64,000 nt of DNA from Azolla caroliniana (taxonomy: Eukaryota; Plantae; Polypodiophyta), in the NCBI GenBank assembly GCA_043228905.1, contig JBHGNT010000007.1, forward strand, positions 3,162,001-3,226,000. Direction: 5' to 3'. The notes beneath the pieces are model-generated. The model was not told the origin of the DNA. It worked only from the letters and a program-made list of their open reading frames with translations, and searched no databases. This document shows positions 13,079 through 24,935 of the stretch, piece by piece (position 1 is the stretch's first letter; each line of letters opens with the position of its first letter). Made by a program: the position numbers and the translations under genes.

Positions 13079-14188
13079 TTATCCTTTCTTGAGATCACCT
13101 TCAGTCTTCTTTCCATCATGCTTTTCAACTATCATACCAATGGTTATAACTCCCATCATGTCCCTAAACTGTATATGTTTTTCCACACGTAGTCCCTTCA
13201 TAAGAATGTTAGGCACTTGCTGATTTGTGCTTACATACAATAGATCCACTTCTCCATCAATCACTTTTTCTCTAACAAAGTGATAATGCACTTCAATGTG
13301 CTTTTTGCTTGCATGGAACACTGGGTTTTTGTGAGCTGAATGTTGCTCATATTGTCACACCTCTTCACAGGTGGCTATTGCAGCTCCTCTATATTCAACT
13401 TCAGTACTTGATAATGCAACAATAGCTTGTTTCTTGCTACTCCATGAAATAATTGCACTTCCCAATGTAAACATATATCCACTTGTGGATCTTCTATCAA
13501 TTTGGCTTCCAACCCAATCAACATCTGTATATCCTTCTAGCTTTATATACAGATCAACCCTGTAAAACAGTCCATAGTTCTGAGTAGCTTTTACATATCT
13601 CAAGATTCTTCTAATGCAATCCAAATGTGGCTTTGTTGGCTGTTGCATAAACTGGTTGACTAATCCAACAACATAACTCAAATCAGGCCTTGTTATAGTC
13701 AAATATATGAGGTTTCCCACCATAGACCTGTACATGTTTACATCTTCTATTTTGGCTCCCAAATCAGCCCTCAATTTACAGTTCTTATCTAGTGGTACAT
13801 CAATAGGTTTGCATCCAAGCATACCATACTTCCTCAACATAGTTGTTGCATATTGTTTTTGCAACATATATATACCACTTTCAAATCTGATCATCTCAAT
13901 ACCAATAAAGTATCTTAACTCTCCCAAATCCTTCATATAAAATTGCATTTCCAGATTTTTCTTTAGCTTATTTATTTCAATCCATAGAATCACCTCCGAT
14001 GATTAAATCATCTACATAAATCAAAATCACAACAATGCAATCATTCATCTTCTTTATATACAATGATGGATCAACTTTTGACATTTTGAAGGCAATTATT
14101 TTTAGAGATTCTGAAAGTTCCTTGTGCCATGCTCTAGGTGCTTGTTTCAGTCCATAGAGAGCCTTTTTCAGCTTACAAACATATTCTG
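13079..14188 (-). pseudogene. pol: Copia C RT C-terminal part and RNase H
   Basis: LKKALYGLKQAPRAW, LIYVDDLI, SSTEVEY, KHIEVHYHF; frameshifted. Confidence 0.9.
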
Positions 14189-17100
14189 TGTTGGGGACAA
14201 GGCCGTCAATGCAAAAGTGCAAGCAACATTCGTGATGAAGAAGAACCTATGTATGCGCATAAGCAAGATAGACACACAGAGAGAGAGAGAGATAGGCACA
14301 AAGAAAACGTTATATTCCAATAGCAACAGTTACAAAGAATGTCAACCAACCTTTATTAAAGGTTACAAAGTCACTTTATATAGTGACTATCCTAGGGCAA
14401 CTGCCCTTTATGCTATTTACAGAAATAGCCCAAACTTGGGTTGTCCAAAGGGACAATGTTAATACGGCCATTATACACTCGTATTCGACACTCCCCCGTA
14501 ATGGGCGTATACATGAGTTATCTAAAAAATTACAGGTATATACAAGGTTTATCGGACAGATTGGTTTTGTTAGAGTCGGCAAGATCCGAAGATAGAAGAC
14601 CGAACCGGTCGGGTCGGAAGAGCTGAAGCCAATCCTCAAAGAACCGATGTTTGTTGTCTGAAACCGTCCTGTGCTGTGTGTTCGACTTTAACCGGACCAA
14701 TTTTTCGTTACGCCCATCTAGTGCTGAAGGGACCGGAAACGATCCGCCGAAAGACACTTGGTCATTCCATCTGCGACATTATCGGTTGTGGATATTTTCT
14801 CGAGACCGATTTTCCCTAAAATGACGCAGTCCCAAACGAAGTGATATCGAACGTCGATATGCTTGGAGGCGTTGTGGTGAACCGGATTCTTTGATAAAGC
14901 AACAACACCTTGACTATCGTTGTAGACAACTGGAGCTGAGTCGGAGTCGACCTGTCGAAACGTGTGCGCCAGCCGACCGAGCCATAAAGCTTCTTTTGCC
15001 GCGTCGGACGCAGCTACATATTCTGCTTCGGTCGTTGAGGTGGTTGTGCACTCTTGAAGTTTCGACTTCCACGAGATTGCTCTATTGCTGAATTTGAAAC
15101 AGTATACGGTTGTTGATTTCCGACTGTCCACGCAGCCGGCGAAGTCTGAGTCGGTGTAACCGACTATGCCTGAGGTTGAGTTCGGGCCGAAGAGAATATT
15201 GTGGTCTTTTGTGCCAGCTAGATATCTGAACACATGCTTGACTGCATTCTTGTGCGATCGGCCTGGGTTGTGCATGAATTTGTTGACGACTCCTACGGCG
15301 TGAGAAATATCAGGCCGTGTCACGACCATCGCGTACATAAGGGAGCCGACTGCCAGTGCATACGGTACCAACTTCACATCTTCCCCCTCCAGACCGGATG
15401 TCGGGCAGTCTCGCTGAAACAACCGAAGGTTGATGGGGAGCGGGGTCAAAGCAGACTTGGCCGAGTGCATGTTGAAGCGTTCCAAGACACGTCCGATGTA
15501 GTCAGTTTGAGACAAGAAAAGTTGTCATTTATCTCGATGCCAACTAATCTTCATACCAAGTATGTGTCTTGCCGGACCGAGGTCCTTCATGGCAAACTTC
15601 AACCGTAGTTTCCGAACGAGTTCGGTGAGCTCTCCAGCATGCCGACCAGAGAGTAGCATGTCGTCCACGTAGATGATGAGGAAGATGGGAGACCCGTCTT
15701 GAGTTGTTTTGGTGAAGAGACAATGGTCCTCATCGTTCTTTAAGAAGGTGACCGATTGGATGAAGTCGTCAAACTTCTTGTACCACTGTCGGGGTGCCTG
15801 TTTCAGGCCGTAGAGACTCTTCTTGAGTCGGCAGACTAGATGTTCCTGGTCGGATGCCACAAATCCTTTCGGCTGCTCCATATAGATTTCCTCTTGTAGG
15901 TCACCGTGGAGGAATGTCATTTTTACATCTAGCTGAATCAGCTCCAAGTTGTTGGCGGCCACGACACCAAGCATGAAACGAAGGGTCGTCATTTTCACCA
16001 CTGGTGAAAAGATTTCGTCGAAGTTGACGCCATATTCTTGTCTAAATCCCTTTGCAACTAATCTAGCCTTGTACTTTGGGTTGGTCGAGTCAGACGTCTC
16101 TTTTAGTCGATAGACCCACTTACATGGAAGAGCACGTCGATTCCTCGGTAATTCGACCAAGTCCCAAGTCTTGTTTGCCCGAATGGAGTGCATTTCCGAC
16201 TCCATCGCTAGATGCCATTGGGCTGAATCGGCAAATGCCGATGCTTCTTCATAAGATGTCGGTAAAGAAAATTCTAGGAGAGTACCTCTTTGGAGGTTGC
16301 GACAGTCTCTCGGATCTGCGAGGTATGACTGGACTAGTCACACCGGGTGTCGATGTCGGATGGTCGGGAGCCGAGCCATTCGGCTGTGCCGAATCGGTGG
16401 ATTCGGTGCGAGAGTTGTCAGTTACCCGTGAAACCGATCTCGTGTTGTGGGTTGGGCCGTCATGAAGGGTTGGCACTTCAGAAAATATTACCCTTCAGAC
16501 TTCAATAGGCCTTTCAGCCATTTTATGCATAGCCGACTCATTGAACACGACGTTCGAACTTCAGACGATTTGTCTATGCTCAGGGTCCCAGAGTCGGTAT
16601 CTGATCTCATCGTCGGGTCCATACCCAAGGAAAACACATTTCCTTGATCTAGGTTCGAGTTTCCGGCAGTCGTCTTTCGGTATGAGGGCATATGCCTCGC
16701 AACCGAAGATCCTCAGCTTCTCATAATTCGGCTTACTACTGCCGGTCCATATTTCCTGAGGTATTTGAAGTCCTAGTGGTCTACTTGGTGACATATTTAT
16801 TATGTGTACTGCCATAAGGAGAGCCTCCGCCCAAAAGCCATCGGACAGTCCGAAGTGTTGGAGCATGGATACTACGCGTTCTTGAATCGTCTGATTCATG
16901 TGTTCTGCAATTCCGTTGTGCTCCGGACTATAAGGTGCCGTATATTCACGTCGAATGCCACGTTCCCGGCAAAATTTGACGAATTCTTCAAACTTGAATT
17001 CTCCTCCGCTGTCGGTTCGGAGACATTTCAGTTTCTGACCGGTCTGATTTTTGACCATTGCAAGCCATTCGGAGAAGATCGAGAACACCCGATCTTTGGT

Positions 17101-18456
17101 TCTGATGGGGTAAGCCCACACCTTCCGAGTCGAGTCGTCAATAAAACTGACGAAGTACGAAGCACCGCCGAGAGATTGATGTGGCATCGGGCCACAGACG
17201 TCCGAGTGGACCAAATTGAGGGGACTCGATTCTCTTGGTGCTGATGTCGGGTGTGATGTGGCTATCTGTTTGCTGTACTGGCAATGCTCGCAGAATTGGT
17301 GATCCGAGAAGGAGAGTTTGGGGATGTATCCGGCTCTGGATAGGTGCGTTATGCCAGCCTTGTTGAGGTGTCCAAGTCGTCCGTGCCATAACGATGACAC
17401 GAGGATATCAACCAAAAATAAGTCACCCTCTTTGAGTGTGACATATAAAGGATACAAGGAATGTACCTTTGGTCCTTGAGCAAGCAGGAGGTTCCCTTTG
17501 TGGAGTGTCCACCCTCCTGATGAGAACCCGGCACGGATGCTGGCTTCGTCAAGTTGTCTGACTGAGATCAAGGGTCTTGAAAGCTCAGGAACGTGTCGGA
17601 CGTTGTGTAGTACGAGTGTAGAGCCACCCGGAAGGTTGAGCTCTACGGTGCCGATTCCGATTATAGCACAGTGCTGTGAGTTTCCGACTCGAACTGAGTC
17701 GGAGTGCCAGTCCGAGTATTGCCGAAACTGAGATCGGTGAGGTGTCACATGATACGATACGCCTGAGTCCAGGAGCCATGTGCTCGATTCCTCAATCGTA
17801 AGCAGAACTTCTAATTCGACTGGATTCTTGATAGGAAATTGACGCTTTCCAATACCTTCACCTCTCGGCCTCAACCGAGAAAACACGAATCAATGTAGAC
17901 ACAAAGAGAGACTCGAATGCACAGGGTTTAGCGTGGAAAACCCTAAACGGGAAAAACCACGGGAGTGCAAGACTCCAACTATCACTATACGCAGGGAATG
18001 TACAATGGCGAGCTGCAAGGCGACAACCTTGAGCTCGCTGTCCTCGCCACAGGCGGCGGTATTACACAGAGGCGTCGACCTCTTCCTTTCTCTCTCTCTC
18101 TCTCACTCTCTCTCTCTCGGCTGCTCTCACTTCGCTCCCTCTTAGTGGAAAACAGAAAAAATGAGCAACAAAAAAACAAAACTGTTTGCCCTAAGTCATA
18201 TTTATACACATATGACTTTCGGGCTATTTACAAATATAGCCTCAAGGGCCCTTGGCAAACATATTCACAAATATGTCCCCGCATCCGGATCTCTCTCCGG
18301 GTACATTCGTCATCCGGCTCCGTAGCCGGGGTCTTCATCATCCGGCTCCGTAGCCGGGGTCTTCATCATCCGGATCCGGAACCGGGTCTTCATTCCCGAT
18401 TCCTGGACATCCGACCATCCCATCCGGAGGGACCGTAATCCCAACAAACTCCCCCT

Positions 18457-21400
18457 TCACTTCGGCATGGGATGTCTTTCCAGTCCGACCCTCTTCCGGC
18501 ACGCTTCCAGCTTGTCGGGTGTGAGCACTTTGGTCAGCATATCTGACCCGTTCTCGTCCGTGTGTATCTTCGTCAGCACGAACTCCTGGTCTTCTATCCT
18601 TTCCCGGATCCAGTGATATCTTCGCTGGATGTGCTTCGTCCGGGAGTGATAGGCCGCGTTCTTCGCAAGGTGGATGGCACTCTGACTGTCGCAGTAAAGT
18701 CGGTACTCCTCCTGCCGGATACCGAGCTCTCTAATGAAGTCCTTCATCCATATCATTTCCTTGCCGGCTTCAACAGCCGCCATGTACTCCGCCTCCGTGG
18801 TTGACAATGCAACCGTCTTCTGCAGCCTCGACTGCCACGAAACAGCTCCCCCTGCATACGTCATCACATACCCTGATGTGGACCGGCTGGTATCTGCATC
18901 AGCCGACATATCCGAATCGGTAAAGCCGTCGAGTTCGGGCTTACCGGAGCCGAATCGGAGGCACACGTTTGCCGTGCCCTTCAGGTATCGGAGTATCCAC
19001 TTGGCCGCGTTCCAGTGTTCTTTGCCGGGATTGCTCATGTACCGGCTCACCACTCCGATTGCATATCCTATGTCCGGTCTTGTACACACCATTGCGTACA
19101 TCAAGCTTCCGACGGCAGAGGCGTATGGTACTTTCATCATGTCCTCCTTCTCAGCCTTTGTCTTGGGGCTTTGCTTGCTGGACAGCTTGCAGTTTGCCAG
19201 GAGGGTTGACCCGACCGGTCTTGCTTCCGACATGTTGAACCGGTGAAGCACCTTTGTCACGTACTTCTCCTGTGACAGCCACAACTGCTTCTTCTTCCGG
19301 TCTCGGATGATGTGCATCCCTAGTATTTGCCTCGCCGGACCCAGGTCCTTCATTGAGAAGGTTCGGTGAAGCGCTTTCTTCAGCATCCGTATCTTGACCT
19401 GGTCCCGTCCGACGATCAACATGTCGTCCACGTACAGGAGGAGTATTAGAAAGTCTCCTCCTTCGAACTTCTTCACAAACACGCAGTGATCGGACTGCGT
19501 TTTGTGGTACCCTTCGTCGGTCATGAAAGAGTCGAACTTCCGGTACCATTGCCGGGGAGCCTGCTTCAGTCCGTAAAGGCTCTTCTTCAACCGGCATACC
19601 AGGTGCTCCTTCCCTTTCTTCTCGAATCCTTCCGGTTGCTGCATGTAGATCTCTTCTTCGAGGTCACCGTGAAGGAATGCCGTCTTCACGTCCATCTGTT
19701 CTACCTCGAGGTCCATGCTTGCCGCTATGCTCAGCACCGTCCGGATGGAGGTCATCTTCACTACCGGGGCAAATATCTTGTCGAAGTCGACGCCCTTCTT
19801 CTGCTGGAACCCCTTCACCACGATCCTGGCTTTGTATCTCGGGGGGTTTCCGGCATCTCCCGGTTTCAGCTTGAACACCCACTTGTTTCGAAGTGCCCGC
19901 TTTCCTTTCGGCAACTCCACAAGTTCATATGTGTGGTTCTCATGCAGGGAATCCATCTCCTCCTGCATGGCACTTAACCACCTGCGGCTATGGGTGTCAA
20001 GCTTTGCTTCTTCAAAACTCTCCGGCTCCCCCTCGTCGGTTAGCAGCACGTGCTCTGGTTCCGGAAATCTCCAGGGGGCCCTTCTCTCTCTTAGAGGATA
20101 TCTCCGTTCCGGAGCTTCGGTAACCGGCTCCTCCGTTTCCTCTTCATCCGAATCCATTTCGGGATCGGGGCCGGTTCCGGTATCAGTTTCATCTTCCTCG
20201 GCTGGTTCTGTTTCTTCACCGTCTTCGGCCGGATCCTCGAGTGCTAACCGGTCCCTTGCCGGTCGGGACTGCTCCTCGTAGAGTTGATCCTCACCGATCG
20301 ACTTGGAGCTCTTCATCTTCTTCTCCGACTCCCAGTCGGCGAGTGTCTTGTCCTCCATGAAGATGATATCACGACTCCGGAATATCTTTTTGTCGACCGG
20401 GTCCCATACTCGGTAGCCGAACTCGTCATCGCCGTAACCGAGGAATATGCATGGCCGGGTCTTTGGATCTAGCTTTCCTCTCCGGTCCTTTGCCACATGC
20501 ACGTATGCGAGACACCCGAACACCTTCAGATGCCGGTAGGATACTTCCCTACCGGTCCACACTCTCTGCGGCGTGTCTCCGTCCAAAGGTACTGAGGGTG
20601 ATCTGTTTATCACGTATGTCGCCGTCGACATTGCCTCAGCCCAAAACCCCTTGGGTAATTTCGCATGCGCCAGCATACTCCGGACCCTCTCCATTATGGT
20701 CCGGTTCATTCTCTCGGCCAGCCCGTTCAGTTCCGGCGTCTTCGGCACAATAAACTCGAGCCGGATTCCCTTCGAGCGACAGTACTCCGCGAACTGACCC
20801 CGGTATTCCCCTCCGTTATCCGCTCGTATCGCTTTCAGCTTCTTGCCGGATTCCCTTTCCACTCTCGCGTGGAGTTCTTTGAAGACGCACAACACTTGGT
20901 CCTTTGTCTTCAACGGTGCCGTCCACAGCTTCCGGCTGTGGTCATCAATGAATGTCACGAAGTACTGGGCTCCGCCATGTGACTTCGTTTCTACTTGACA
21001 CACGTCAGTGTGCACCAACTCCAATGGTGCGCTACGTCTCGTCGGTGGCCTTGAGTGGAAGGAGGTTCGGTTCTGCTTACCGGCCAGGCAATCGGTGCAC
21101 TTCTCCAGGTGCACATGCTTCACTGGAATAAGGTTGTCTTCTGCAAGCCTCTTCATCCCCTTCTCACTCATGTGGCACAGTCTCTTGTGCCACAGCTCAC
21201 CGGCAGTGTCGGCTGCCACGTTCAACTCCTCCGGACACAACCAGGCATTCATAAGGTACAGTGTGTTGACTTTCCGGGCCCGAGCCACTATCAGGCTCCC
21301 CTTGCTGAACTTCATTACGCAGTTCCGGATGCTACCTATGTAGCCTTCATCGTCTAGCCTCCCGGCCGAAATCAGGTTCAATCGAACCTCCGGAACGTGT

Positions 21401-22530
21401 CGGACATCCTTCAGCAACATTTTGCATCCGGTCGAGGTTGTCAACCACACGTCTCCTATGCCGGCAATCCGGCACGTACCTTCATTTCCCATCCGAACAC
21501 AGCCATGCTCACCGGCTGTGTAGGATGAGAAGTATCTTCTTTCCGGGGTCAGGTGGAACGACGCTCCGGAATCGACCACCCAGGTAGTCTCATCGCCGGC
21601 AATGTTTAGTTCACCTTCTTCGGTGATGAGCATGATCTCCTCTTCACTTGCCGCGAGTGCCGTCGTTCCTTTCCGGTCTTGCCCTCGCCGATCCGAACCA
21701 TTCCGGTTCGTGGCTCCCCGGTAAGCACCGTTTCGTTCCGAAGACTTCTTCGAATCAGTGTCGTCGGCTCCGTTGTCTTTTCGGTAATGCCGACAATTCT
21801 TTCGGAAGTGCCCCGGCTTCCCACAGTGGAAGCATGTGGGCCTTCCTCTTGACTGCGACCGGGTCCCCGACTTCTCCCGTCTTTGTGGACTCCGGTTCCG
21901 TTGTCTTCCCCGATCCGATTCGGCAAGCAGCATCTTCGGATCGGAGGCCGGTTCTTTATCTCTCCGACGCACTTCTTCGTTCAAAATGCTTGTCTTTACC
22001 GTTTGTAGGGACAAGTTATCTTCGGTGCAGGAGGTGCTGAGAGTCACCACCAAGTTCTCCCAGCTTGCCGGCAATGTACACATCAGGATGATGGCTTGCA
22101 TTGCATCCTCCAACGGGAACTTGATCGCCGCAAGCTGGTTCACGAATCCCATGAACGTGCTTACGTGTTCCACCATACTCTCGCCGTCCCGGTACTTGAG
22201 GTTCACTATCTTCCTCATCAGGGAGGTCCGGTTCAACGCATTCTTCCTCTCGTAGAGGCCCGACAGCTTCCGCCACATCTCATATGCGTTGGTGTCGTTC
22301 GCCACATGTTGTAGAACGCTCACGTCGACGTATTGCCGAATGGTTGCAACGGCTTTCCGGTTCAGAAGCCTCCATTCCGTCTCAAGTACCCCCTTGGGTA
22401 TTTCCGACCTGTCGATCGGTTCATACAGGTCCCGAACAATAAGCAGATCCTCCATCTTTATCTTCCAGTCGGCGTAGTTCTGCGCATTCAGCACCATCAT
22501 CCCCGGCTGCCCGCTGCTGCTGCCTTCCAT
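18457..22530 (-). CDS. gag-pol: Uninterrupted Copia gag-pol polyprotein (~1357 aa: Gag, CCHC, PR, IN, RT, RNase H)
   Basis: Single ORF from ATG 22530; CFHCGKPGHFRKNC, WVVDSGAS, WHKRLCH..C..C, VHTDVC/ADNGGEY/ERMNR, YVDD, FTDSD/TEAEY/DSQSA. Confidence 0.97.
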   Translation of the reverse strand: MEGSSSGQPGMMVLNAQNYADWKIKMEDLLIVRDLYEPIDRSEIPKGVLETEWRLLNRKAVATIRQYVDVSVLQHVANDTNAYEMWRKLSGLYERKNALNRTSLMRKIVNLKYRDGESMVEHVSTFMGFVNQLAAIKFPLEDAMQAIILMCTLPASWENLVVTLSTSCTEDNLSLQTVKTSILNEEVRRRDKEPASDPKMLLAESDRGRQRNRSPQRREKSGTRSQSRGRPTCFHCGKPGHFRKNCRHYRKDNGADDTDSKKSSERNGAYRGATNRNGSDRRGQDRKGTTALAASEEEIMLITEEGELNIAGDETTWVVDSGASFHLTPERRYFSSYTAGEHGCVRMGNEGTCRIAGIGDVWLTTSTGCKMLLKDVRHVPEVRLNLISAGRLDDEGYIGSIRNCVMKFSKGSLIVARARKVNTLYLMNAWLCPEELNVAADTAGELWHKRLCHMSEKGMKRLAEDNLIPVKHVHLEKCTDCLAGKQNRTSFHSRPPTRRSAPLELVHTDVCQVETKSHGGAQYFVTFIDDHSRKLWTAPLKTKDQVLCVFKELHARVERESGKKLKAIRADNGGEYRGQFAEYCRSKGIRLEFIVPKTPELNGLAERMNRTIMERVRSMLAHAKLPKGFWAEAMSTATYVINRSPSVPLDGDTPQRVWTGREVSYRHLKVFGCLAYVHVAKDRRGKLDPKTRPCIFLGYGDDEFGYRVWDPVDKKIFRSRDIIFMEDKTLADWESEKKMKSSKSIGEDQLYEEQSRPARDRLALEDPAEDGEETEPAEEDETDTGTGPDPEMDSDEEETEEPVTEAPERRYPLRERRAPWRFPEPEHVLLTDEGEPESFEEAKLDTHSRRWLSAMQEEMDSLHENHTYELVELPKGKRALRNKWVFKLKPGDAGNPPRYKARIVVKGFQQKKGVDFDKIFAPVVKMTSIRTVLSIAASMDLEVEQMDVKTAFLHGDLEEEIYMQQPEGFEKKGKEHLVCRLKKSLYGLKQAPRQWYRKFDSFMTDEGYHKTQSDHCVFVKKFEGGDFLILLLYVDDMLIVGRDQVKIRMLKKALHRTFSMKDLGPARQILGMHIIRDRKKKQLWLSQEKYVTKVLHRFNMSEARPVGSTLLANCKLSSKQSPKTKAEKEDMMKVPYASAVGSLMYAMVCTRPDIGYAIGVVSRYMSNPGKEHWNAAKWILRYLKGTANVCLRFGSGKPELDGFTDSDMSADADTSRSTSGYVMTYAGGAVSWQSRLQKTVALSTTEAEYMAAVEAGKEMIWMKDFIRELGIRQEEYRLYCDSQSAIHLAKNAAYHSRTKHIQRRYHWIRERIEDQEFVLTKIHTDENGSDMLTKVLTPDKLEACRKRVGLERHPMPK

Positions 22531-22546
22531 TTTCTGCACTGCAGTC

Positions 22547-22558
22547 GCTCTGATACCA
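22547..22558 (-). promoter_or_regulatory. Primer-binding site, initiator tRNA-Met
   Basis: TGGTATCAGAGC 3 nt downstream of the 5' LTR. Confidence 0.95.
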
Positions 22559-23043
22559 GATTGATAGGAAATTGACGCTTTCCAATACCTTCACCTCTCG
22601 GCCTCAACCGAGAAAACACGAATCAATGCAGACACAGAGAGAGACTCGAATGCACAGGGTTTAGCGTGGAAAACCCTAAACGGGAAAAACCACGGGAGTG
22701 CAAGACTCCAACTATCACTATACGCAAGGAATGTACAATGGCGAGCTGCAAGGCGACAACCTTGAGCTCGTTGTCCTCGCCACAGGCGGTGGTATTACAC
22801 AGAGGCGTCGACCTCTTCCTTTCTCTCTCTCTCTCTCACACTCTCTCTCTCGGCTGCTCTCACTTCGCTCCCTCTTAGTGGAAAACAGAAAAAATGAGCA
22901 ACAAAAAAACAAAACTGTTTGCCCTAAGTCATATTTATACACATATGACTTTCGGGCTATTTACAAATATAGCCTCAAGGGCCCTTGGCAAACATATTCA
23001 CAAATATGTCCCCGCATCCGGATCTCTCTCCGGGTACATTCGT

Positions 23044-23185
23044 CATCCGGCTCCGTAGCCGGGGTCTTCATCATCCGGCTCCGTAGCCGGGGTCTTCGTC
23101 ATCCGGCTCCGTAGCCGGGGTCTTCATCATCCGGCTCCGTAGCCGGGGTCTTCATCATCCGGATCCGGAACCGGGTCTTCATTCC
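23044..23185. repeat. 28-bp tandem repeat in Copia I U3 (4 copies in the 5' LTR; 2 in the 3' LTR at 18311-18366)
   Basis: Unit CATCCGGCTCCGTAGCCGGGGTCTTCAT plus one diverged unit. Confidence 0.95.
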
Positions 23186-24891
23186 CGATTCCCGGACATC
23201 CGACCATCCCATCCGGAGGGACCGTAATCCCAACAGTTCTCTATGGATAGTATGTTCGGGTCAGTCGTCAAAATTTCGGCTGAAGAGCCGACGTAGTTGA
23301 CCTCCTTATGTCGGCTACTCTTCTAATCCGCTCTCTGAGCTTTGTCGGTTTTTTCTTTGAGTGCCCAGTAGTCGGCTTTGATGTGTTCCGGTTTCTTGTA
23401 GTAGTTGTAGATTCGGTTGTCCCAGGACTTGCTCCGGCTTTGCTGATTGTTCGGTGGTCAGGAAGAACTTCTTCCCCAATTGTTCGATCGGTCGGTCGAA
23501 CCTTGTACTACGTAAGCTTCATCTGCTGAGTCTTTGGCGAAAGACATTCTCCGAGCTGCTTCAGTCAGGATTGCGCTCGTGACTTCAGAGTACTTAACGA
23601 CAGCTGTTGAAGCATTGCACATGGTTGTAACGAAAGTTTCCCATGAAGAGGGGAGACTACTCGTGAGTATCATTGCTCTGAGTTCATCCTCCATTGTCAT
23701 CCCCTGAGACGGGATTTGGGAGCTTATTCTTTCGTACTCGTTGAGGTGTGCCTAAACCGAATAAGATTCTTTCATCCGCAAGTTGTAGAGGCGCCGGATC
23801 AGATACATATTCGTTGCTGCAACCTTCTTTTCATAAGTTTCCGATAGTGTTTTCCATAGTTCAAAAGTTATCATGCATGATTGCACTGTGAAGTACACTG
23901 ACTCCGACAAGTGCATCCGAATCGTGGCGCGAACAATTCTGTCCAGCTTTAACCACTCATTTACCTTGTATGCTTCTGGAGGATTTTCATTCTCAATCGG
24001 GTCTATCTGACCCTTGACTATGAGATAGTCCTGCATTTGTTCCTTCCAGAAGTTGAAGTTCGAACCGTCAAACCTCCTTAGATTCATTTCCGATGAGCCG
24101 GATGTTGATGCCATCTGATTCGGTTTCGGTTGGGAAGACCCGGTTCGGAGTTAACTACGAACCTTAGTGGGGTGCAGCCGGTCGGCTCATCCAATATCGT
24201 TCTAGTCGGTTTTGAACCCGAGTCGGTTTGGTTTCGGATACTTGTTGCTGAACTTGCTCGGAGTGACTCCGGTAACTTGAGGGACAGAACCGGCTGGCTG
24301 GTCTTCCCGAATGTTGCCGAGTCGGAGTGAGCCCGGTTAGCTTCCGATTGTATGCCGAATACCGATTACAAGAAACAGATTGTTTGTGCCGATTCTGCTT
24401 CGGATGACTGCAGCGATGAGAGGGACGGATCCAACTAATCCTCCTGAACGTCGATCAGCCAAGTGAAGCACGAATTTGGTTTTTTCCTAGAGACCCATCT
24501 GCAGCGGGTGGTTACAGCAAGCGGGTGAATAGCGTCTGGTGACCTATTCGGATGTTGTTTAACTGAATGAAGCACGATTGGGTCAGTTATTTCTCAAGGA
24601 GCTCACCTCAAGTGGTTACAATCACAAGAACAGAGTACAACCGGCTAGCTTACTCCAATTAGTGATTTAACACAGTGAGATGCAAACTTCTTCTTTGTCT
24701 TCTCTCTTCTCTGTTCTTCACGAAGTTACAAAAAACAGAATGTTGTGGTGTGCGATGACGGCCGGCAGCGGGTTGAAGAACCTCCAACGCTATGATACCA
24801 AATGTTGGGGACAAGGCCGTCAATGCGGATGTGCAAGCAACATTCGTGATGAAGAAGAACCTATGTATGTGCATAAGCAAGATAGACAGAC

Positions 24892-24935
<44 letters not shown>

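Larger units (their letters stand above)
17829..23235 (-). mobile_element. Intact young Copia element I; LTRs 17829-18446 and 22562-23235
   Basis: TG..CA LTRs differing by about 7 substitutions plus a 56-bp repeat indel; TSD ATTCT/GTTCT; PBS TGGTATCAGAGC; PPT 18447-18460. Confidence 0.97.
14718..24114 (-). pseudogene. gag-pol: Copia D gag-pol (gag 23236-24114; PR-IN-RT-RH 14718-17828), interrupted by Copia I
   Basis: FDGSNFNFWK gag start, WLLDSGVSYH protease, LVHSDVCGP integrase, IIYVDDML RT, TTEAEY RNase H; several stops. Confidence 0.9.

Noticed and set aside
17965-18438. 157-aa ORF repeated at 22698
   Set aside because: Lies within the LTR, is duplicated only because the LTR is, includes microsatellite and repeat translation, and ends differently in the two copies.
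18562-22575. Many antisense and alternative-frame ORFs over Copia I, and likewise over G2 and G3
   Set aside because: Expected shadow ORFs of GC-rich coding sequence; no recognisable domains.
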